Positions 24,688-36,959 of a stretch of DNA of 64,000 nucleotides are shown here, piece by piece. Position 1 is the first letter of the stretch. The number at the start of each line of letters is the position of its first letter. The notes below the pieces were generated by a model. That model saw only the letters and a program-made list of their open reading frames with translations, did not search any database and had not been told where the DNA came from. The stretch spans positions 39,184,001 to 39,248,000 of the forward strand of contig NC_043000.1 in assembly GCF_006345805.1 (NCBI RefSeq). Reading direction: 5' to 3'. Position numbers and translations under genes: made by a program. Origin of the DNA: Octopus sinensis (Eukaryota).

Positions 24688-25253
24688 TTGGGTTGTCCGA
24701 AAAGTTCGTGCCAATTGATAGTAGCTTACATTTCGACTTATTTTAGAACATGGTTGAATCCATAAAATAGGATTTGACTACACCTCCATTTAGAGCACAG
24801 TTTAAGCTATCTTTTCGTGGAAGAAGATTTATGTTCTTATAATCTGTGTTAATTCTGTAACCCTTTAAAATTGAAGATAAGAAAGTTCATTTTCGGCATT
24901 TGATGATTTGGAAACCAGACAAAAACTGCTGCAGCTCGGCTGGGATGTGTTACCCCACCCTCCATATTTACCAGATATTGCTCCTTCGGATTTCCACTTA
25001 TTCAGGTCTCTGCAGAATAGTCTTAATGGTAAAAATTTAAATTCCTTGGATGACGTAAAAAGATACCTTGATGAATTCTTTGCCATGAAACCACCTCAAT
25101 TCTGGGAAGATAGTATTTTCAAGTTAAAGGAAAGATGGAGACGCATTGTGCAACAAAATGGTTCATATTTGGTTGATTAAAAATGTAATGGCAAGTATTT
25201 ATTGACCTTTTTCTTTCCTTTAAAAATCAGCACGAACTTTCCGGACAACCCAA
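24688..25253 (+). mobile_element. Mariner internal-deletion derivative with 24-bp TIRs and TA duplication
   Basis: TTGGGTTGTCCGAAAAGTTCGTGC (24688-24711) versus right TIR 25230-25253, one mismatch. The N-terminus (EDKKVHFRHLM) is fused to the C-terminus (HPPYLPDIAPSDFHLFRSLQN...NGSY). Confidence 0.95.
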
Positions 25254-25724
25254 TACATGCCACAGATTATATTTTATCTATAGTTATGACTATAAAGATT
25301 TTTCTAGAAATAGGAATTTCAGTATATGAGCTCAGAATTGCATTTATCTATAGGGAGGGCTATATGTATTTAGCATCTAGATTTGTAGTAACCACAAAAT
25401 TTTATCAGCGATTGTGTATTAGCTATAATTTGCGCAAAGATTGTTTCTGAGCGATTTAGAACAGACGGGGTGTGGATTCTATAGAAGCTGTAGTGAATTG
25501 ATGTCTTATTCCAACACGTTTCCAATAAATTAGAGACGAGTCGGAATTTATAAAACGGATGTGATCCAATAATGTTTTGATGTTAATGGCAACAATGTTG
25601 CTTTCTTTGAAATCCTCAAAGACAAGCTACCGTAAGATGGCGTAGAAATTTCGATATTTCTGTACGAAAATCATATTTGTGATTAGTAGTTAGAAAAAAA
25701 TGGAAGATTGCAACAACAAAATGA

Positions 25725-25912
25725 TAATGGTTTCAAATTTTGACACAAGGCCGGCAGTTTCTTGAGAGGAATAACGTCGATATATCGACCCCACTGATCG
25801 ACTGATACTTATTTTATCGACCTCGAGAGAATGAAAGGCAAAGTTGACCTCGGCAAAATTTGAACTCAGAACTTACAGACGGACAAAATGACGCTAAGCA
25901 TTTTGCCCAGCG
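25725..25912 (-). mobile_element. SINE family A, partial
   Basis: GAAAGGCAAAGTTGACCTCGGCAAAATTTGAACTCAGAAC block. Confidence 0.8.
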
Positions 25913-26247
25913 TTGTGGTTCCGCTTGAACGTTTACATCGCAATCAACCTCGCAACAATTCACCCAACGACCAGATGGTAATGTTAAACTTGGAGGTCTT
26001 TAAGTCATATTAAAATATCTCTTTATCACAATAATACACAATGATTCTCCTTTATCTTTAGATTTTGTATCTGTCTTTTTGATATTGAGAAATTGGAGGT
26101 GAAGACAAAAATCTTGACTAGAATCTGGCGGCGCGGTCAGAGAGGTTGTTCTTCTTGAGCATGACATCGACTGTCAAGTATTTTAACAATATGTGTTTGA
26201 CAAGCAGGAGACAAAATTAGAAACATTGAGACAGTGTGTGTGTGTGA

Positions 26248-26305
<58 letters not shown>

Positions 26306-26849
26306 ATGTATGAGTGTGTTTATGATTGTATGTATGCGTTTATGTTTGTATACATCTTCAAGTGTGCGTGTGTATGAGCATGTAGAACTTAATAGCAGTA
26401 AACAAAAAAAAATGAGTGCTGCAAATACTGCGCAATCATTAGGTTTGAAAATGCGCTACCAAAAAAAGAAGCAATGAATTAAAGGTGAAGAAGGAATCTA
26501 AATTTAGAAATAGAGAAATATTCTACGAAGTGGTGTATAACAACTGATGAAGTAGCAAGAAATTTAAAATAAGGTGTGAAAAACATATCAGAAGGAATAC
26601 TAAGTTGTGAAGGTTAAATTTGAACCAGCAAATGGAAAATAAAGGTTAAATGAGTTAAACCGGCGGATGAAATTAAAATAACGTACAGAAGATACCTGGC
26701 GGTAATCAACGCCAACGGTGTCCGCACGAGATATTGAGTTCATCTCTTTGAATCCAACACACTCCGACATCACGTGACACCATGTGACGTCAAAAGTGTT
26801 TCAGGAAATGACGTTTTACCATTAGGAAAGAACGGTTTCTTAATTAGAA

Positions 26850-28000
26850 CTCTTCAATCAATGCTATGGCATTCTGTCCTGTTTAGTATTTGTGCGATGT
26901 TTCTTTGGGGGTTCAGTTTATATATTGGTAAGTCCTGATGTTTTGGTTATGCGTTTATGAATATGTTTTTTAATCATACCAAATGCACTTATTATTAAAG
27001 GGATTGTTTCTATTTTTAGTCCCCACATCAGGGTTATCTCTATTTCCAGATCTTTGTATTGGTGAAGCTTCTCTCTTCTTTTAGAGATACATTGTCAACT
27101 GTTGGTACTGACACTTCGATTACAAGGCATTTTGTCTTGATAATATCTGATAAATGTAATCGGCCTATTAGCCTTGATGTCTATCCGTGTGTATTGGCAT
27201 ATCCCAGAGTATGTTCGCATTGTCATTTTCTGAGACCATTTCTGGGATATTCCTATACAATCTTTTTCTATTGTCATTCAACAGTGTTGGAATAGATTCC
27301 AGTATATATAGGTCCCCACACGGTGATGTCTGTGGAATTACTATTATTCTTCATTCTTCAGATGTTTCAGACACATTTCTATTGCATCACCTGATACACT
27401 TCCCTGTTGCAGGGGTGTATGCAGTATCGTATGTTCTTTTTTGTTGTGGGGAGTTCTCGATTTTGTATTGCGCCAGTTTCTTTTTTTTTGGGGAATGGTG
27501 CAGCCTTTTGTTGTATTAGTGTTTGTATTATGTATTGTGTGTGTAATGCGTTGGGTAACTAGTCTGCTGGTGGTTGCTTATTTTATTGGATATTTACTAT
27601 ATATAGTGTCTTGTACTAGTAGATTATTTTCTTTTGGTTGTATTATTGAATTGATAGTGTTTTCCGTAAAATGTGGGCTGTTCCTAGTAGGGCTATTTAT
27701 TGGACTGTGCATTGTTGAGGATACAAGTATAGCTTCTACATTTTTGTTCATATGGGCTTTTTTTATCATGCCCAATTCCCCAATTATTAATGATATTGTT
27801 TTCACCTTCATGCCCCACGTTTTGAATAAGTCCATTTCGGTGTATTTGTACTTGACAATTTTTTCAGCTCCTTTTGGAGAATATTTTGTTCAGAAGAGAC
27901 CGCAATGTCTATCAATAAGCAGGTACTTTCTTCGAAATCTTTGATTATTATGTCTGGGTGATTAGCTGTAATTTCTTTGCCCGTTTGAACAGGCATATCC
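26850..28000 (-). mobile_element. Two decayed R4/Dong endonuclease fragments (about 26850-27530 and 27560-28000)
   Basis: ILWDMPIHTD...ANRPD-like, and MPVQTGKEITANHPDIIIKDFEESTCLLIDIAVS / WGMKVKTISLIIGELGMI. Confidence 0.75.
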
Positions 28001-28139
28001 CAGATGATTGTGGATTGGTCGTTGATTTGTGCCTTACTTGTTACATGTTTATATTATTTCTTGTGAAATTCATCTGCATTTACACCCATATGTTTCGCGG
28101 CATATTGCAGCAGGTCTTCATCACTATTTATCGAGTACT

Positions 28140-30700
28140 CAGCAAGCATTCTCCTTTCACTCGTTATGTTTGGCTTTTGCTTTGTATTAGTACAAGTTAA
28201 CTCTAAATCTCACCCACAGACCTCAAGTGACAACAAGTTAGAATTTCAAGTTGGTGTTATGACTAGGGCACCATATATTTGGTTTTGCACAGAGTATTGT
28301 TCTAGAGAATCTGTCAAAATATAAGTAAATTAAAAATTTGTTTTAAAAGTAATTTATATTATACAATTTTTATTATATTTTATTTTATCTAGTTTCAGCT
28401 CACGAGCTGTGGCCGTGCTGGGGCACCGCCAAGATGAGAGTCTGATGTTAAGATAACAGTAAAAGGCGTTTGCTGTTATGTACTTTTAAGAGTATTTTGA
28501 CACTGTTTACAGATTAAAATATTTTGGGCATTACATAGAAACTATTTTACGTAGGATATGGGCAGTTCCCATGAGCACTATTTTTCGAATTTCTTCCAAT
28601 TTTAGATTTCCTGATATCTGAGATAGGTAGCAATCAGCCCCAGTTGCTATAATTCCTCGGCCACCTATGACAACAGGTATCGTTTGAGGTTCCATATTTT
28701 GCCACTTTCTATTTCAAAGTCTTTATACTTGCTCAGTTTCTGGTAGGTCTGGTAGCTCCTTGTAAGTAGGCATTGATCTTGGGTTCCTACGGTCAACCCT
28801 TCTGTCTCTGATTTTGAACCAAAAGAAATTAGCCACTGATGAGTAAACGCTTTGTTAACATCGGTATTATTAGCTCTCTTTGGGTATTGAGAGGTTTTTC
28901 TTGCCATTTATCAGTAAGAATATCTAAGGAAGCAGTTTTAGTACAGGTTTTCTTATACTCAGCTTTTCCTGTGCTTCTTTCCAGTATGTCTAATTCTGAG
29001 ATTTGTTGTATTTGGAATTCGTTTAGATATTTTTTTGCCTGTTATTTTACTGAGTATGATTTCGTGATTTCATGCTTTAAATCCATGTTTTAAAATCCAA
29101 TCATCAAAGTTTTTCACGTAGATGTTTAGGCCAATTGTGGTAATCTTCATTGTTAATTCCAGGTGTGAAAGTCCACGGCCACCCTCTTGTCTTAGCAGAT
29201 AAATTCGTTTTATACCTGTCTTAGGATGGTGCATTCTATGCTCTGTCACACACTTTTCATATTTTTCACGACCGGTATGGCTAAAGTATTGATCGTTTCG
29301 ATCCTGTTTCTTGCATTCAGCCCTGTTTTGAGTATTTCCCTAACCATGCAATAGCATTCTTTTCTTACCATTTCTCTCATCATTGAATGTTTAATTCCTT
29401 GAACTTCAAATACCCTTAGGTATTTGTAGCTCTCCGCTGGTTCTAAATCCTTTATGACATTCTGCTGGTCAAGATTAACGTTGGATGTTTCTATCATTTA
29501 TCCTTTGATAAAGGTGGCTTTTGCACATTTATCGAAACCAAATTGTATGCTCATGTCATCACTGAATTACTTAATAATTACTAGTAAGCCCTGTGGTTGT
29601 TGGTCATTTTTTGCAAAGAGTTTTAAATCCTCCATGTAAGAGAGAGGTATTAAGGATAGACAAAAAAGGAATTGTGATGGAGAGACATCCTGGAAAATGC
29701 CACATGAAATTTTTACATCACCAGCATTTAGAGTTTCATCGTCACTGTTCGAAGTTAGTGTGGTTCTCCATGATCTCATACTTACAGACAAAATGTTTCG
29801 CAGAATAGGCGCTATTTTATATATTTCCAGGCATTTCTTAATCAAGCTATGTGATAGGTTATCAAAATCCTTTTTATAGTCTATCCAGGCTATTGACAAG
29901 TTTTTGTGTCGTTTGTGACAATATTCTAAGATCATCTTATTGATGAGTAGCTGATCTTTACAACCATAGAACTTACGTTTACATCCTTTTGGTTCATTAG
30001 GGAATATGTCACTCTCTATTAAAAAACTATAGGTATATTCAGTCAAGGCAGATGATAGTATTTTGTACATTATTGTTAAGCAGGTTATGGGTCTATAATT
30101 TTTTAGTTCATTTGTTTCTTCATGTTTTGGAAGTAGGAATATTACACCATTAATTAGCCAAGCGGAAATCATACTAGGTTGTTACAAAACCTTGTTGTAA
30201 GGTTTTGTTAGTAGTTCATGACTGTCTGGGAAGGCATTCAATCAGAAGTTATAAATGTTATCCTTTCCTGGAACTTCCATTTGCTTGCCTTCCTGAGAGC
30301 AGATTTTACAACCTCTACCTTGACGCTCTCCCACTGTTGATCTTTTAAGAAGTCTAAGTTAGCAGATATTCTATCAATCCAAGAGGCCTTTTTATTGTTT
30401 TTTGTTCTGCCCAAATTTTATTCCAAAATTCCAGCATTTCTTTTGACGGTAACTGGTATTTTCTCTATCTTCCCTTAAAAAAGTTTTGGTTATTTTTGAA
30501 CATGTTGTTCTTGAAGAATCTAACGCGCTTTCACACCGTGTTATGCAGGAAACTTTAGCACATACCTTTTGCTTTATAGTTTCTATGGTGGTATCGCTGT
30601 CAGGTATGGTTTTCATACTATACTTTTTGTTTAATTTTTGGATAATTCTTGTTAAACTTGATGTTTTTTAAACATTCTATGTCAAATCTAAGTACCTGAT
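28140..30700 (-). mobile_element. R4/Dong family B, long decayed copy with a short SINE end inserted at about 28385-28432
   Basis: ORF 29567-30172 (GVIFLLPK...NYRPITCLTIMYKIL...KGCKR...DQLLINKMI...WIDYKKDFD); collinear with 20120-22110; TTA array (sense TAA) at 30703-30830. Confidence 0.92.
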
Positions 30701-30756
<56 letters not shown>

Positions 30757-30859
30757 CATCATTATTATCATCATCATCATCATTATTATTATTATTATTA
30801 TATTATTATTATTATTATTATTATTATCTACCATATACGTACACTCACACTGCGTAATG

Positions 30860-31170
30860 TATACTAATATATAAAACCGTAACACAAGTGAAATGTGGGT
30901 ATTATGGAGAAGGAAGAACAGTAGCTCAGAAAGCCAGGGAAAGATCCTTGTTTGGAATATCATTCTAGGAGTATATCCGAAAAGAAATAATCTGAGAACA
31001 GAGTTGCAGTGAACGACGTGATCATCAAATACTGAAAGAACAAGTTCTGCAGGTCCAGAAATGTTGCGGAACTCACAGCTAACAAGTGCAATAATGTAAT
31101 AATCGAAAGGAAGGAAGGAGATAAATTGAAATCCTGAAGAGTCCGAAAAATTCCAGCAAGTATTATTAAA
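30860..31170 (+). mobile_element. R4/Dong ORF N-terminal fragment
   Basis: SENRVAVNDVIIKY resembles the EQR(V/L)ADQ.R.I motif of R4 N-termini. Confidence 0.45.
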
Positions 31171-31179
31171 TATATGGAT

Positions 31180-31180
31180 C

Positions 31181-31229
<49 letters not shown>

Positions 31230-31498
31230 TAATAATAATAATAATAATAGTAGTAGTAGTAGTCGTAGTAGTAGTAGTAGTAGTAGTAGTAGCAGCAGCA
31301 GCAGTAGCAGCAGTAGCAGCAGTAGCAGCAGTAGCAGCAGTAACAGTAGTAGTAGTAGTAGTTGTTGTAGTTGTTGATGTAGTAGTAGTAGTAGTAGTAA
31401 CAAGAAGAAGAAGAAGAGAAGAAGAAGAAGAAGAAGAAGAAGAAGAAGAAGAAGAAGAAGAAGAAGAAGAAGAAGAAGAAGAAGAAGAAGAAGAAGAA
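31180..31498. repeat. In-register compound trinucleotide array (TAA-TAG-CAG-TAG-GAA)
   Basis: Direct reading. Confidence 0.95.
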
Positions 31499-31499
31499 T

Positions 31500-32390
31500 G
31501 GTAATATCGAAGACAACTGGAAAGGCAAACTCCTGCATAGAAAATACCTTAACTGCTCATCCAAACCAGATATTGATCAAAATCTAACACACCAATGGCT
31601 ACAAGGGACATGTCTGACAAAGGGAAACAGAAGGTTTTGTTATTCCAGCGCAAGATTGGAGCTTACCTACCAGAAATTACCATTCAAACGTCCTTAAAGA
31701 TGGATCTGACCCCTCGTTCAGAATTTGCGGAAAAATCACAAAGACAATTGATCATATTGTTTATGGTTGCCCACTCCTCGCTGAAAAGGAGTACCTCAAA
31801 AGACATGACAAACTAGGGCAGTACATCAACTGGGATGCTTGCAATAGAGTCCCATGATAAGCGGTACTGGCACCGTCCAGAGGATGTAGGAAACGGTGAG
31901 GCCATCACCATCCTTTGGAACTTCCCAATACAAACGGGCAGAAAAACTGACTCCAATCGACCAGACATTGTGATCAAGGACTACAACAGAGGAACCTGTC
32001 AGTTAATATGTCTGTCCCACAAGATCAAAATGTCTCAAGACAGAAATACGAAAAGCTTTCTCACTATAAAAATCTGCAAATTGAAATCACAAAAATGTGG
32101 AAGCTTAGTACTACGATAATCCAGGAGTAATTGGTGTATTGAGAATGATAAAGAAGAGAGCTGAGAAATATATTAAGCAACACTCTGGTAACTCCAATCT
32201 CAGTAAACTACGAAAGATAACCTTAATGGGTACAGCCCATAGACTACGGAAAGCAGTCTCCATCTAAAGTGGAATAAATGTGGAGATAATTTTAGCATGC
32301 ATAGCAAAACAAAAGTGCCCTGGCTGCTCTTGGCTCCGTATGATGCCCGGTACTAAGGCAGCTGAAATAAGTTATAATGAAAGGAATCAA
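31500..32390 (+). mobile_element. R4/Dong family C 3' part
   Basis: ETIDHIV.GCP.LA..EY..RHD-like motifs and ILWNFPIQTGRKTDSNRPDIVIKD; followed by a trinucleotide tail. Confidence 0.85.
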
Positions 32391-32415
32391 CAGCAACAAC
32401 AACAACAAATACAAC

Positions 32416-32489
<74 letters not shown>

Positions 32490-32497
<8 letters not shown>

Positions 32498-34314
32498 ATA
32501 AAATAGATCAATTACTCTTAAGTAAAATGATAGAGCATTGCCGGAGCAAGAAGAACCTGAGAATAGCGTGGATAGACAACAGGAAAGCGTTTTATAGTGT
32601 CCCACATTATTGGCTACTCAAGGCCCTTCAGAAATATAAGACTTCTCCTGTCGTCTCTAAATTCTTACAAGGTAGCATGGCCAAGTAGAACACAAGTCCC
32701 CTTCTAAACCATAGTAATGAGATGAGCTAAACTAACAGTATCAATATCAAACGAGGCATCTTTCAAGGTGACTCCCTTTCCCCCATTACTCTTTTGCATG
32801 GCACTGATCCCACTCTCAATCGAACTAAATAACACCAGGTATGGGTTCAACGTTTACAATACAAAAATAAAATATTTGTCTTGTTGTCGTATTGAAGCTG
32901 TTTGCTAGAAATGACGAAGAGCTAGTAGGGCTGGTAACAGCTTTTAAAGAGTTCAGCAATGACATTAAGATGAATTTTGGCCTTGAAAAGTGCGCTAAAG
33001 CAACTTTTGTAAGAGGCAAGCTCAGGCTAACAACTTCCATTAAATTAGATAGCGAAGACAAGAAAACTACTAACTTCTAAGAACATGCACCACCCAAAAG
33101 CAGATGTCTGTACCTACCTAGACGTTATGGGGAAAGAGCAATGATACAGGTATAATTATGCTATAAGACCTCCACAATAGCAATGAACAGGTACTTATCC
33201 AGTACAGAGAAGTAGACGCTGCGATTTGTGTGCAAACACAAAAGCAGCAAAAAATCGCATTCTATTGTCAAGGAAGCTTGCAATTTCGCAAGGGAACTTG
33301 GTATTAATCCTGAAATATTTGAAGAACCTGAAACCACTACCGCAAAACAAGCAAAATGAGTCAAGCAGACTGTAAAAAGAACGGACAGAAACAAATTGAG
33401 GAGCGGTTGAGCCAGAGGCCTCTGCATGGAAAATATATACTTCGAAGTCGAAATGCTGATATAGATAAAGCAACAACCCTTCAGTGACTGAGAAGCTCAG
33501 CACTAAAAGCAGAGACTGAAGGTTTCGTATCGACGGCACAAGATCAAAGCCTACTTACAAAAAACTACCAGGCTAACGCTCTTCAAAACGGTTCTGACCC
33601 TAAATGCAGATTCTCCGACACATTTGACGAAACAATAGGCCATCTCCTCTCGGGATGTCCTGTATTGACACCAAACGAATACAAAAATCACCACGATAGT
33701 TGAGGACAGTATTTACACTGGAAAATATGTAAACACTACAAAATCAACACTACTGCTTAATGCTTTGACCATTAACCCGAGCCAGTCGTTGAAGGTAAAA
33801 ACGTTACTATCCTCTGGGATTTTCCAGTCAACACTGACAAAAAGATCCAGACTAATCGGCCAGACATAATTATTGAAGAGTAGGAAAATACTTGTAGACT
33901 AGTAGATGTAAGTCTTCCCAATGATAAAAATATATCTGTAAAGGAATTTGACAAACTAAGTTAGCATAAGGACCTGGAAATTGAAATACGAAAGATGTGG
34001 CATCTTAAAGCGAGAACTGTCCTATCATTGTAGGAGCCCTAGGTATGATAAAAAAAAGGGATGTCAGAAACACCTACATAAGATCCCAGGAGAACCATGT
34101 CTCAGAGAAATCCAAAAGATTGTACTGATAAGTACTGCCCATATCCTTAGAAAAACCCTATCAATTTAAATGTCTGTGTTGTATTACATGAAGATATTTC
34201 ACTACTTCCCCTCCCCAAGCTTTCAGTCACACTATAACATCTCTTATCTTGCACTAGCCTCAGGATGCTGGGTGTGTCTCCACAAGTGACTGTAACATGC
34301 AGATTAAAAGTAAA

Positions 34315-34346
<32 letters not shown>

Positions 34347-34350
34347 TTAC

Positions 34351-34400
<50 letters not shown>
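32490..34400 (+). mobile_element. R4/Dong family D: RT to endonuclease with internal deletion, (TAC)(TAA) tail
   Basis: DQLLLSKMI...[62 protein letters not shown]. Confidence 0.9.
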
Positions 34401-34402
<2 letters not shown>

Positions 34403-34535
34403 TGAGCAAGTATAAAGATCTGGAAATAGAAATCGGCAAAATGTCGAACCTCAAGACTAAGACAATACTTGTTGTTATAGGTGCCCTAGGAATGACAGCA
34501 AACGGGGCTGATTACTACCTGCCTCAGATACCAGT
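34400..34535 (+). mobile_element. Short R4/Dong family B endonuclease fragment
   Basis: LSKYKDLEIEIGKM...TILVVIGALG, matching 21700-21830. Confidence 0.75.
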
Positions 34536-34779
34536 GTGTCCGCAAGGATAGGAACAATGGCAGTAGTGGTGGTAACTAGCGATATCCACTGCTGCTGTAA
34601 TTGCTTAGAAGAGGTAATTCTAACGGTAATAATGACAGTTTATAATAGTGGCAGAAATAATAACAGCTTCTACATCAGCCACACAAGGTTCAGTACTAAT
34701 GATGATAATGTAGCACAAAAATGTATTATGAAACAAAAAAGGAAAATTAAAACTACACCAAATCGCTTGTGCTATGGTT

Positions 34780-36170
34780 ACTCTAGAATCGCGTTTCGCA
34801 CAAGGGCGAGAGCCAGCCTGGGTTCAAAACATCAGCCACTGACACAGATTTTTCTCTGAATACGAATCAGGATCGTCACCTGAACGGGAACTGCCCCACC
34901 ACCAAACACACCACAGTAAGAAAAACGTAAGAGGATCAAATGGGCCCACGATGAGTACAAGGAAGTGGTACATGCTTATTACTATGCATTTGGTAGGCCA
35001 CGTGAAAAGAAACACTCTTATCAAATGTCGAAATATAAGACAGAAAGGAAATGAAGAATAAGATGAAGAGAGAAGCTCTTCGCATGTCTCAATTGAAAAC
35101 CTGCCTTCTAACCATAACACGCAAAAGTCAGAAGAAATAAATTAAAATGAACCTGATAAAGATAACGAGAAAAGTGGTAAAGAAACAGTATTTGAAGACC
35201 ACACAGTTTCTGATGAACGCAAAGCGTCTATGATAGAAACGAAGCAGAAAATAAGGAATAATTTTGCAGTTGCAAGACATGCAAATATGTATGAGAGTGA
35301 ACCACTTATTAAACTCTCAAATGCAATCCAAAATAATTAAAAAATAAACAAATAAAAATCAGTAACTATGTAACAACAAATCATACAATTAAAACCTGAT
35401 AATCCTGAGTTAAATGAAATTATTTACGCATCTGCTAAGACAATTGAAACCAGTAATAATTGAAAAAGAGATTGAATTAATGAACGATGTAAATATCAAT
35501 ATCAAATTAACTAATCTTTGAAAACAATGTAAATTTCGAAAAGAAGACAAACGAAGAGCAAATGAAGATCCTCACAAAGAGAACTGCAACAAAACGTGCA
35601 AGCCGAAGCTCAGAGAATACGAAGATTTGAGAAGAGAAACAAGTTTTACAAGCGAAATAAGCTGCTCACATCTAATGAGAAAACATTCTTCAGAGAAATA
35701 AAGAAAATCGACAGAAAAACCCGTAAGCTGCTGACTTGCAATAAGATGCATCAACCAAAAGTAGATGCATTTCCCAAAGGCAGAGGCAGGCGGACCAAGG
35801 AGGTCGAGGCTTGATCTCAATTTGAAATCTCGCACTGTAATTGGACTGGCAAAATATATTGATACATCTAACGACTGGATGCTAGAACTCGTTGTAAACC
35901 ACAAGAGACAAGAAGCTTCATTCTGTTATGAAGGAGAGAAAAAAGTTTGCTAGTGAGTTTATGCATAATATCCTGGTTGGACAGCATGATGGAAGTACGG
36001 CAACTGTAGTTGCTAAGAAGATGAAATCTATAGCAAAGCAAAATGCGTTTGAACATTTGGCTGATAGATGGGAAAAAATCTCTACATGGCAAATATGTAG
36101 CCCCCTAGAAAATAAGCTGATGTAGACCAGAAGCACACTCATCACTCGCTATGGAGCTCAGGGCTAAAAG
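34780..36170 (+). mobile_element. R4/Dong element retaining the N-terminal domain, RT deleted
   Basis: RKRIKWAHDEYKEVVHAYYYA (R4 N-terminal motif), QAEAQRIRRFEKRNKFYKRNKL, then a jump to post-RT GRGRR...DWMLELV. Confidence 0.75.
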
Positions 36171-36236
36171 CAGATAATATTGCATAATATGAATATTATT
36201 CATAGTATTCAATGTAATATTGTAATATTAATAATA

Positions 36237-36652
36237 AGGCGGCGAGCTGGCAGAATCGTTAGCACGTCGGGCGAAATTCTTAGCGGTATTTCGTCTGCCA
36301 CTACGTTCTGAGTTAAAATTCCGCCGAGGTTGACTTTGTCTTTCATCCTTTCGGGGTCGATTAAATAAGTACCAGTTACGCACTGGGGTCGATCTAAATC
36401 GACTTAATCCGTTTGTCCGTCCTTCTTTGTCTTCTCTGTGTTTAGCCCCTTATAGGTAGTAAAGAAACAGGTATTTCGTCTGCGGTTCCGTTCTGAGTTC
36501 AAATTCTGCCGAAGTCGTCTTTGCCTTTCATCCTTTCGGGGTCGATTATATATGTACCAGTTACGCACTGGTGTCGATATAATCGACTTAATCCGTTTGT
36601 CTGTCCTTGTTTGTCCCCTCTGTGTTTAGCCCCTTGTGAGCAATAAAGATAT
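36237..36652 (+). mobile_element. SINE family A, full length, dimeric body
   Basis: GGCGGCGAGCTGGCAGAATCG head, GAGTTAAAATTCC/GAGTTCAAATTC B-box-like motifs; a unit of about 190 bp is repeated from GTATTTCGTCTGC. Confidence 0.9.
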
Positions 36653-36732
36653 AAATTTAATTATATTATTGGATTGTCAATAGATTATCTCTATATTTAA
36701 TTAATCTATATATATATATAGATTAATTGTTT

Positions 36733-36780
<48 letters not shown>

Positions 36781-36959
36781 TGGGTAGGTGGATGTGTGTG
36801 GGGTTCATGTATATACGTGTGTGTTTGGCTGTGTTTATTCCCCCCCCCCCGTTTGGTGTGTTTACGTACCCTTAACTTAGCGGTTCGATATAAAAATCTG
36901 AAAGACTATGTACTAGGCTTAAACAGATAACTAGTGATGGCGATTTACTCGACTTAAAA

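Noticed and set aside
24908-25180. SETMAR or other domesticated mariner host gene
   Set aside because: It lies between TIRs with a TA duplication and an internal deletion; a transposon derivative
27441-27944. 167-aa hydrophobic ORF as a membrane protein
   Set aside because: It is the antisense frame of A-rich R4/Dong fragments
28085-28125. Minus-strand GTGATGA...GCCGC-GAAAC-ATATG hammerhead-like relic
   Set aside because: No UH cleavage site after stem III, G at position 3, and no stem I
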